Assembly: GCF_964204645.1 (NCBI RefSeq)
Contig: NC_134025.1
Coordinates: 29,616,299-29,680,298, forward strand
Direction of reading: 5' to 3'
DNA from: Tubulanus polymorphus
Taxonomy: Eukaryota > Animalia > Nemertea
Length of the DNA stretch: 64,000 nucleotides
The position numbers and the translations under genes are program-made. Numbering within the stretch: the first letter of the stretch is position 1; each line of letters opens with the position of its first letter. Positions 53,911 to 64,000 of this stretch are shown piece after piece. The notes beneath the pieces are model-generated. The model saw only the letters and a list, made by a program, of their open reading frames with translations, had not been told where the DNA came from and did not search any database.

Positions 53911-56900
53911 TTAGGAAGCATTAGCAGTCGTTGTATTGACAGAATTATCTTCTAACTGAATGCGTTTCGACGTAGTTTTAAATCTGTCGTAGCAAACTCG
54001 TATTAAATACGAAACGACGGCGCAAACGATCAGTTTAAAAACTTCCAGCATCGCCGCTTCTATAATTACTGCATAAAATAACGAACCGAGCCAACTGACG
54101 ACTTCTTCATTAGATAAAGAAATTCCGAATAGCGGCGTAGCTATAAACATTCCGATTATATGAAATGTTAGTAGAATATACGATACGTAATGAATGAAAT
54201 ACGGCAGGGGGCGGTGTCGCGCGTTACGAGCCTCCAGTTCGATATCTAATAATTCCGATTCGAGCATGTACGTCGCGAAGATCGGACCGTCGAAGTCGTT
54301 TTCTTCGTTCAGAGTTATCACCGAGTTGAACTCTTCGAAACTGACGGCGTCTCGCAACGATCGCATGTTTATAACGGAACCCGTTCGAAACGACGTGAAC
54401 GACGACAAACTGCGGTCGTCCGATATCCAGCTGTTACGAGCCGTATAGAAACTCTCCAGATCGGATGCCGTCACGCTTGGCTGCATCGAGAACCGATGAC
54501 TCGATATCGGAGTGCCACCTAGTTTACGCATCTCAACAACAACTTCCTCTGAAATATAAAACCATATTTTACTTCATTAAATTAATTTTTACATGTTTTA
54601 ATGATAGTATTTCATAACGAGTTAACTTTTTATTTGACTGCCACTGCAAAGCCCATTTTGAGGATATCTGTAATGGAAGAACTGAACCATAGTCCGGTCA
54701 CGGACTATCCAGCAGTCCGATACCAGTTCCACACTCACCTGGTTCAGTAGCTAATGCTCCCGATAAACGACTATAAGCGTTTATTATCGGATCCCACAAC
54801 ATTCGTCCCCAGGTTTTTTTCGGTAAAGGATCCGGCATCGACGAATCGTCATCAATCGATTCATCGGATGACAATCGGTGATAATCTTCATCGATTCCTC
54901 GATTCATCGCGACCACGCTTCCGTCGTCGGGCGGCATCTTTTTAACGAACTGCTTCTCATCGTTGTCGTTTGATTTTAGATTCTCATTCTCTTCAGCTCC
55001 GGGAGCGGCGACCACGTTTCCGTTCATTTCTTGTTTTTTTCTGGGAGGTGGCGGCACCGGGCGACGCTGTTTACCGCTCGGTTTCGGAGACGAAGCTTTC
55101 ATCAATGCGCTGCTCAATATCGATTTCGGGAGAAGTTTTTCTTTCTCCGCTCCGACAGATCCGTTTGCTCCGGATGTCTGTTTCGTTATCGAATCGTCTT
55201 TGTTAGTTTTATTGTTATCTTCTCGTTCCCAGCCGTCGGGAACGTGCGCGATGGCCGAAATATCGCTGGGAAAACACGGTAACTTAACGATGCCGGCGTT
55301 CGCGCAGACGCTGTTCGTCGACGACGACGCCGACGACTGAACAGTCGTGTTTAACAGATCGCACGAACGAACCGTGTGAACGGGCGTTCGACGGATCCGA
55401 CGCGGCTCCGTCAAACGTAACAGAGTCTCGAAAATCCACGAGGAAACAGCGGCGAGCAGAATGAACGCGAAGCCCGTTCGAAATCCACGGTAGATATCGG
55501 CGTAACGAGCGATCGCGGCGAAAAACATGAACGACGTCAAGAAATGAGCGCACAATAAAAACCGGGCGAACGTCGGCATATAACACGGGCACTGCCACTG
55601 CGTTAACGACATCCATATATGCATATCACCCATCTGTTCGAGGAAATAATATAGAACATATCTGAAAATAAATATGAATGAATGAATTCATTTTTTATTG
55701 TATCAATGATGATATAAATATATAGAATATTCTATAAATTGTGACGCAATGAAGGAGTCTAGATAGCCAAAGGCTGAATACTTTGTGGCCGAGGCTCCTT
55801 ATATTTAAATGAGCATGAAAAAACAAGTGAGAGAGAGATAGACATGCTTACTCAATTAAGGCCTTACGTACATGTATGTATCTATACAGGGATTAATATG
55901 GAAATGGAAATACTAGAGTAATTGATGGTTGATTGGGGGAAAGATTTGATGATACCACGCTCATTTAAAACTGTGTCTCATACTCATGATTTATGTACCT
56001 CAATATTCCTTCAGGGGGTAAATGAGTTGTAAGCGGAAACTGGTGAATATTTTCCTCATTCGGTTCGGCCCTCAACCATCTACTATCCTTACATCGGTAC
56101 CATAATTTAGTGTCGAGATCTTGCACAGAAACACATGTGACATACCTAAAAACGGTAAGTAGAAAACAGTCCTTCATGAAAATACTTTTTTTATAAGAAA
56201 ATCAATCGTTTAATTATCACAGAATCTCACCAGTTATCGGGGCCTTTATGTTTGATTTCAACATATTCTAAAACTCCGAGATTATCTGTGAATAGAGGAA
56301 TGAAATGATAATCAAAATACATGAAAATCAAGCGGAAAATGTATATGAAAAATCTTCTCTACCTGGTCCATTACAGTAGAACATATCGAGTTTGCCTTTC
56401 TGAAACGGTTTGTCTTTCAATCCGTTGCGTCCAGTGATCTTATATTCACCGCTCGATGCATCGGATCCAATCATTCGCAAACTGATTCTCGGCGAAATTG
56501 AACTGGCACCTGAAAAATTATCGAATAACGAAATTCAATTATTTGTGACACAGATATTCGAATAGTTACCAGTACCGAAAACCCATACATGAACTTCCAT
56601 CAACTCCTGATGAGATTTCTTATTAATTTTCAAAAATCATGCAGTACCCAAACGATGAAAACCATTTTCATTGATTTAACCCAAGGTGGCCACTTTCCGC
56701 CCATTTACAAATTCCCAGTGAATTAAAGAAATTTCTTGGTTTAACAGCAACAATTCATTCACTTTTCATTGAATTTCTAAGTGATAAAGAAACATGTGGT
56801 AAATAGCATTATCCAAATTCCCTGATATTTTCAAGGATTTGTCAAATTCCATGAGTTTTCCCTGATTTTTTCTAGATTTTTTTATTCCCCGAGTTTTCCC

Positions 56901-57880
56901 CGAGGTCAGTGGCCACCCTGCAAGACTTCAATCGGTTCGTGGTCAGATATTAACGAGCAATCTCATTTTATTTTGAATTTGGCAGACAGGAAATAATTCT
57001 AGGGATATGTCGACAAGTCATTAGGATTCAGGATCGAGACTTATTATATTCAGTCCATCACGAGTGACTAATTATGTGCTGCATATGCATACAGTCTATT
57101 GATCAAACAATGCGGTGGTATAATCAACATGGTGTTGTGACTTGCATCAGATGGCTATGACTCTATATTTTTATGCTTGTACGAATCTAGTGGGCTGAAT
57201 TTACGGTATATATGTGAACATTCTCTTGACTAGAATAAATTCTCAGATCTCCCGAGACCTCGGAAATAAACATGCGAACATTTCAATCGATTGATTACCC
57301 TTAGTGAATGGTCCTGTATAAGGAAAAATAGTGAATTATACGATTATAATACAACTAAATAAAATTTGAGCGATTGATGAGAAAAAATCATGACAAAAAG
57401 ACAGTACATGACAGAAGAATAAGGGGTCAGTTTACACAGCAGCATGTAGTGGTTTAACAAGCGTGAGAATCAAACAAACATACCTCGCAAGTAACTAGTG
57501 ACAATAGTTATCAGATATGGATGACAATCTGTGCTGTTTGGGGTTTTTAAAACAATTACCGAACTCTGAAATAAATTGAGAGAGAGATTTGAAGTTTTTA
57601 AGTGGTGAGATTTGGAGTCTTGTAGCGGAGAGAAATCTCATACACCACGATACCTTTACGAGGAGGCAGTACTTACTAGAGTCCTGTTCTTCCATAATCG
57701 AATGCCGAGGAATATATAAAAAGCGCAAACAAACAGAAATATGATGACATCAACAGGAATGATGATATCATTACGTAATATATACAACTGCCTGTCAGTC
57801 TCGGGGGTAGCAGTTATTAGTGTAACATTGTTAATGCTTCCTACTGTAATAGTGTAGGAGGTATTAGTGTCATTCATCAT
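53911..57880 (-). CDS. Polycystin-1 (PKD1-like) family fragment-type membrane protein: short ectodomain, TM1, PLAT/LH2 domain, about 4 further TM helices; about 731 aa
   Basis: Exons 57677-57880, 57484-57565, 56363-56509, 56231-56285, 55999-56145, 54739-55661, 53911-54548, all in phase. TM1 VIIFLFVCAFYIFLGIRLW. PLAT pattern YLITIVTS..GA..RISLRMIG..PFQKGKLDMF..LGVLEYVEIKH..WYVTCVSVQD..RWL. The post-PLAT HIWMS motif and later WLGSLFYAVIIEAAMLEVFK are typical of the PKD1 family. Confidence 0.75.
56682..56920. mobile_element. hAT-like MITE
   Basis: CAAGGTGGCCACT ... AGTGGCCACCCTG. The same right end occurs at about 29780-29793. Confidence 0.6.
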
Positions 57881-58399
57881 CACGCCAACATTTCACTGAT
57901 CAATCATCATTCATAAAACTCTTCAATCCGTCTGGTCTCCAGCAGGCGGCTTACACACACACTACAGGAGTATAAAGTTTGCCCCTCTGGAAAATTGAGT
58001 TAACAACTTTTTTAACAACAGACAAGTAACGACATTCGGCGTAAAATCTTATTCAAGACCAACCAATTCAAGAGCAGAGGTTTAGAATGATGTGAACAGC
58101 GTAGATTATAGAAAGCTCAGTCCCGCGGTCTAGGCCCTTGGCCCTTGGGACAAAAGTCAAGGCACTGCTATCTACTGAATGACAGAATCCAGGCTAAAAT
58201 CTATCTAGTGAAGATATCTTAAAATTAACCAATGGCATGAAATGAAATTGCTGATGACATTTTGAATCTGAAACAATGATATTTAATGTAATTGATTGAA
58301 CCGTTTATTTACGCGGAGAGGTGCAGATCTGCACTTTACCAACCTTCGTTTCAACTGCCACAATACATAAACAGATTTCTTACCTGCTTTAAGCCATAT

Positions 58400-58849
58400 C
58401 AACCATTAGAACTACGACTGACTGCTGGAGCAGTGCAGGAGCTCCAGCCAGTAGCAGCGCAGTGATGCGGAACGAACATCCTCAGCAGCCACGGCACAAA
58501 TGTTTGTAACAGCTGTAGCAAAAAAGCATATATTTCATATATTTTCTATTTCAAATATATAATTAATCATCATATATCCAGCGATAAAGTTTATTTTATG
58601 GAAATTAGAGCTTAATCAATATTAAAAGATCCAGATTAAAAATAAAAATTCGAAATTTTGAAATAATTATTACAGCAGTATGTAAACAACTGAACTCCTT
58701 CCCAGTGCCATTGAGGGTGTATTTTATTGGATGATCGAGATTCTACTCAGTTTACATTCTACCGCGAATAGGTATATCACGTGATCGAGTTCTAACATGT
58801 CGTGCTTACGGATCGACCGCTGAAATACGACACATAGTGAATCTGCACG
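58400..58849. promoter_or_regulatory. Probable bidirectional promoter, PKD1-like / EIF4A3, with palindromic E-box ATCACGTGAT at 58776-58785
   Basis: Head-to-head genes with ATGs 970 bp apart; perfect 10-bp E-box palindrome about 65 bp upstream of the eIF4A3 ATG. Confidence 0.5.
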
Positions 58850-61800
58850 ATGGCGTCTCGTCGAGTTATGAACGACGATTTAAAAAACGTGGAATTCGAG
58901 ACTTCAGAAGATGTTGAGGTCATCCCGACGTTTGATTCTATGTCTCTGAGAGAAGAGCTGATTCGTGGTATTTATGCGTACGGTAAGAAATATTTAGATT
59001 CATCAAAAATGACCCGATAATTCTTATGACAATGATGAATTACCTCAATTAGTCTGTGTATTTTCCGTTTGTGCAGAGGTTATTTCTACTACGATTTCCT
59101 GTTAATTTCAGGTTTTGAGAAGCCATCAGCAATTCAACAACGATCCATCCGACCAATAGTGAAAGGAAAAGATGTCATTGCGCAGTAAGTATCTTACCTA
59201 GTCCTAGCCTAACAATAAATCAAACAACATTTACCAATGCCAAATCGGCCACTTTTCGTCTTTTGTAGCCTAAATAAACTTTGGAATTACTTTCCTAATC
59301 CATTTGTATTTATTCATCTCACAATGCATTATGTATCACTAACTATTATGAATTGAGTCTAATTAATCATTATTATTCAAATTCATCTCACTAACAAAAA
59401 AATTCTATAGTAGACCTGGGAGATGACTTAATGGATTGTAGTCGAAACATTGAATAAACTACTAGCTCTTAAGGAAACATTTTTGGATTTCATATTATTG
59501 TGGGATTCTCTGGGATTATTGTCATAATATAGATATAGTGAAGCGTTTTATCAGTGATTATTCAAACTCTTATTATGGATGCCTTCAGCACAATCTATAA
59601 CACTTTGCCATTGTATGTTTAACATATTTATTCAATTGTCAACAGGGCTCAATCTGGAACTGGTAAAACAGCCACATTCTCGATATCAGTTTTACAATGT
59701 CTCGATACTCAAGTGAGAGAAACACAAGCGCTGGTTTTATCGCCGACAAGAGAATTAGCAAAACAAATTCAGAAAGTAAGTATTTTTTCCTTTGTAGGCT
59801 TATTGTTGTATAATTAGTCGTTTAAGAGGTCTATATGATATAAATTGTTCTGCGTAGGTCGTGTTGGCTTTAGGTGATTATATGAATGTTCAATGTCACG
59901 CTTGCATCGGTGGAACAAACGTAGGTGAAGATATGAGGAAACTTGATTACGGGCAGCACGTCGTTTCTGGTACACCTGGAAGAGTTTTTGGTAGGAAATT
60001 TTTTTTCTGAATAATTCCAATAATTTGTAATAAGATTTTTTGGCAATGCTTGCAAAATGGATATAGATACGATTGTTTATTCAGACTACACAGTTTCGCT
60101 GGTCCTATTAAAACCAGATTGAAGAAAATGTTCAAAAAATTAAGAGAAATATCCCCAACAAACCAACCCAGACAAAAAATAGACTTCAGGACTGATCATG
60201 ATAAAATGGATGTTTATATGATGTGTTATTTTAGATATGATTCGAAGGAGAAGTTTAAGAACGAGATCAATAAAGATGCTGATTCTTGATGAAGCGGATG
60301 AGATGTTAAACAAAGGTAGAACTACAACATCATCTCAATACAGTAGAACCTGCTTAATCTGTATCTTTTGGGGACCGATGAAATTTATCCTGTTTATGAT
60401 AAATCTGTCTTCAACATCCTATTTTTCAAACATTTATGCACATATGGACCATAGATAAATAATGTCCAGATGAGAAAAAACCCGCATTAAATTGATCCAG
60501 ATTCAGCAGATTTTACTGTAGAATAATTTTGTCTTGCTCTAAAACAAACTGGTTCCACAATCCGCATGCTCGAGTAAAGCACCGTCCTATGGTAATTTGT
60601 TTGTTATATTTAAGGTTTCAAAGAACAGATTTATGATGTCTACCGATACCTTCCACCGGCAACTCAAGTGATTCTAATCTCTGCCACGTTGCCTCACGAT
60701 ATTCTTGAGATGACCAGTAAATTTATGACCGATCCAATCAGAATTCTCGTCAAACGGTCAGTGACTAAAACAACCAGTCCGCTCCCTAGATTTTATGATA
60801 TCTTTTTTCTTGAAATGTGAATGATTTTATGATATCTATAGTGATGAATTGACGCTTGAAGGAATCAAACAGTTTTTCGTCGCAGTTGAACGTGAGGAAT
60901 GGAAGTTCGATACGTTATGCGATCTGTACGACACATTAACTATCACACAGGCAGTTATATTCTGTAATACTAAAAGAAAGGTATATATTTTAACACTCTC
61001 AGTGAAATACAGGAAATCTGTTCATTCGATATACAAGATACTTGTTGATTAGATCAAGGAAAGTCAGGGAATTTTGACTCTTCTTGGAAATTCGGGTAAA
61101 ACAAGCAATTTGAACTTTGGACACAAGGAGCCCCTTGAGAATAAAAACACAGCCCACTGAAAATACCTTGTGTAATAAAATCAGGGAATTTTTAGTCAAG
61201 TGTCTGGGAACTGTCAAGGAATTTTGGATTCCATGATCTATAACAACGCCGTTTATGATGATGACTTCCAGTTGAGTTGTGGATCTGATGCTGTTTGCAA
61301 GATCCACATTTGGATAATACAAAACCCCGATAGAACTGCCATCAACTAGGTTCGTCTGTGATGTAGTGTCGTCATTTATAAAATGGTATAATTTTTCATT
61401 CGTTCAGGTTGATTGGTTGACGGATAAAATGAGAGAAGCTAATTTCACAGTAACGTCGATGCACGGTGACATGCCACAGAAAGAACGAGAGGAAATCATG
61501 AAAGAATTCCGATCAGGTGCTAGGTATGTATTTCTAGATTTCTGTATTGAAATCTCTTTCACACGCAATTGAGATTGTTTTCAGGAAAAAATCTAAGCTA
61601 TGTGTCGCACGGAATTTTAGAGATTATTTTGAAATTACCGCTCCATGTTGACAACTTAATCTATATTCTGTTGTTTGATATTTCAGTCGAGTTCTGATCA
61701 CGACAGATGTTTGGGCTCGAGGTTTAGACGTTCAACAAGTGTCGCTTGTCATCAACTACGATTTGCCGAATAATCGTGAGTTGTACATTCACAGGTAAAT

Positions 61801-62149
61801 CTTCGAAATCAAACTGCATCTGAACAGAATTTACATTTGGAACTATTGTCATTATTTCAACGTGTCTCTGTGTTTGATTGTAGAATCGGTCGATCAGGTC
61901 GTTTTGGACGTAAGGGAGTAGCGATCAACTTCGTTAAAACAGATGATATCAGAATTCTGCGAGATATCGAGCAATATTACTCGACTCAGATTGATGAGAT
62001 GCCCATGAACGGTAAGTGTCGAAATATCAGTTATATATATTTCTTTACTTCAAGCAAGTCAAATAAAAGTGGCCACTCGGTAATTTTTTCTGTCTCCTGT
62101 GTTTATATTTGTCTCTGTGTCTCTCTTTTTAGTTGCTGATTTGATCTAA
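58850..62149 (+). CDS. EIF4A3: Eukaryotic initiation factor 4A-III (DEAD-box helicase, exon junction complex core), 399 aa
   Basis: 11 exons: 58850-58982, 59112-59184, 59646-59775, 59858-59990, 60235-60315, 60615-60756, 60842-60980, 61408-61523, 61687-61794, 61884-62011, 62133-62149. Motifs [69 protein letters not shown]; C-terminus EMPMNVADLI. AATAAA near 62443. Confidence 0.97.
60341..60518. mobile_element. Tigger-like MITE in an eIF4A3 intron
   Basis: TA|CAGTAGAACCTGCTTAATCTG ... CAGATTCAGCAGATTTTACTG|TA. Confidence 0.7.
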
Positions 62150-62858
62150 GATCGCTATGAAGTCATCGAATACGAACACGTGCGTCCGAACTGCATTCCT
62201 CACTGACTCCTTTTGTAAATATGAAAATGCATTGGAATTCTTTTCGAAAATCCTGGGATGTTCATCCTCTGTAGATGCAGTGAATGTAAATAGTTTATTT
62301 CTTTTATGTATCATGGTGTCGCGATCTTTTATTGATGATATTGCCTCCGAACGGATTCAAAACTTAATTATGATGCTCTTCGCAAACATCGTCGAAGAAT
62401 TACTTCAGACATATAGAACATTTTTGTATATGCATTTAGCAAAAATAAACATTTTAATGTAATATATTGAACATGTATGTTATTTAGTATGGGTTTGATG
62501 TCCACGTGTGGAAGAGATTCTGATATAAGGAAGACAAAGTAATACTTTTCAAAGTGGAAGATTCCTTGAGTTGAAATGCAGAGTGAGTCATTAACGATCC
62601 TCGGGGGCTGCATCACGAATATGAATATTTATTACACTCCAACCATTCCCATGGTATATGGAGGAAAAAAACAGTATTTACAAAAACAGTAGATAAAAGC
62701 ACTTTGAAACATAACAAACGTTATTTACAACATACTATTTACACACTACCGGAGATATCTATATACATCTAGACCTAATTTGATAAATTTAGCCAGTCTA
62801 AAGGTTGTAATTTTTTAAACATCAAGATTCCGAAAGGTATCCTTCTTATATCACTATA

Positions 62859-63012
62859 CCATAAGGTGCTGCCGCTATGCACATCGTTAGCGAGTTTTTC
62901 GTACACTAACAGGAGTCGACTCTGGCAATTGTCAACGGTAATTGCCAGAGTTCGTTTCATATTAGTGTATGAAAAATCCGCTAAGGATGAGCAATGTGGC
63001 AGCACCTTATGG
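62859..63012. repeat. 154-bp imperfect palindrome (MITE-like hairpin) between convergent EIF4A3 and L2HGDH 3' ends
   Basis: Perfect 15-bp termini CCATAAGGTGCTGCC / GGCAGCACCTTATGG, with pairing continuing to a loop of about 3 nt. Confidence 0.85.
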
Positions 63013-63662
63013 AGCAGTCAGGCAGCGCGATATGTTTCTTCACCGATGGATGTGAACAAGACAAGAAGTAATCGTTATTCGTTCATTCCCATGTAAACTC
63101 TTCAGTCAAATTCTAACCCTGACACGAGAATAGAAGATGTCAAACCATTTCTTTGTAAAGATAAAATTTTATTGAAACATGGATTTGCATAGACAACTTA
63201 CAGATATCTAATGTAATCTACAACTATCATAAAATATTACTGGCGCTTCGAATCAGAGTACAAAATTCTTCACAAGAATTCGTTAATTCAACTATATCAC
63301 AGTTCTATTGTAATGTCATGTTGATTTGAGACACCCAATGTCTTTTGTGGAAAATAGATCCAGGATAAATAATATACAGAAAGCTAAGTGAATGAAGCAC
63401 ATGGAAAATATTAAAACAAAGGAAAAAACAATTCTAGAGATCTAAGACTAAGTAACAATAATCATATTCTATATGAGATTACTGAATTCTTATCTAAATA
63501 AAAGAAGATATTGTTCGTAATATATAGACTAGTTTCATAGACGTGAAGACATTATTCAGAAAATATAAAGTCTTTTCTTTTGTTCATTCGTATAATAAAG
63601 TTACGAAAATAATTTGATAACAAGATTCGAAATTAGAGAAAAACCCGAGTCAGTTTGAATGA

Positions 63663-63858
63663 TTACAGCGAGAATTTAGTGTTCACTTCATCGGCGATCA
63701 TTTTACCGATTGCTAATGAAGAAGTAGCTGCCGGCGATGGAGCATTCCGTACATGTATTACCCGTCCGGCTATTTCACCAACTCCCCCATCAAATACGAA
63801 ATCATCGACTAAATTCCCAGCAGCATCTAATGCCTGCGCACGAACACCAGACGATCCC
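63663..63858 (-). CDS. L2HGDH: L-2-hydroxyglutarate dehydrogenase, last coding exon (rest of the gene lies beyond the window end)
   Basis: An acceptor at 63859-63860 is followed by [52 protein letters not shown], the conserved L2HGDH C-terminus. Confidence 0.93.
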
Positions 63859-64000
63859 CTGAAAGAGATTGAAATCAACAACGATTTAACAAGTGGAAAT
63901 TTTATTCAGGTTTCTTACAGATCAGGCAATCTAAAATTCCCTCACTAAGTTACTCTCAGCGTGGCCTGTTTCTTATCAATGTGTCAGTCTTGTCACCAGC

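Noticed and set aside
54194-55616. Overlapping short ORFs
   Set aside because: They are alternative or antisense frames of the PKD1-like exons.
62775-63096. Two similar 76-aa ORFs on opposite strands
   Set aside because: They are an artefact of the 154-bp palindrome.

Overview
This is AT-rich, intron-containing animal (probably invertebrate) genomic DNA; it is not prokaryotic and has no CRISPR array. Six spliced protein-coding genes were rebuilt by hand from GT-AG boundaries and reading phase: EHBP1 (minus, 970-36904, running off the window start), CCDC9-like (minus), Churchill/CHURC1 (plus), an unusually short polycystin-1-like TM-PLAT-TM protein (minus), eIF4A3 (plus) and the last exon of L2HGDH (minus). 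Introns are full of small non-autonomous elements: piggyBac-, hAT-, Tigger-, Harbinger-, P- and IS3EU-like MITEs plus a tRNA-SINE. Most notable are (i) TSD-flanked foldback insertions carrying minimal hammerhead-ribozyme cores, Penelope-like pLTR remnants, in the EHBP1 pre-mRNA sense strand, with a second dispersed hammerhead family; (ii) a 'mini-polycystin-1' lacking both the GAIN/REJ ectodomain and the channel half; and (iii) a MITE filled with a 20-bp palindromic array. Gene names come from recalled similarity to known proteins; no database search was run.
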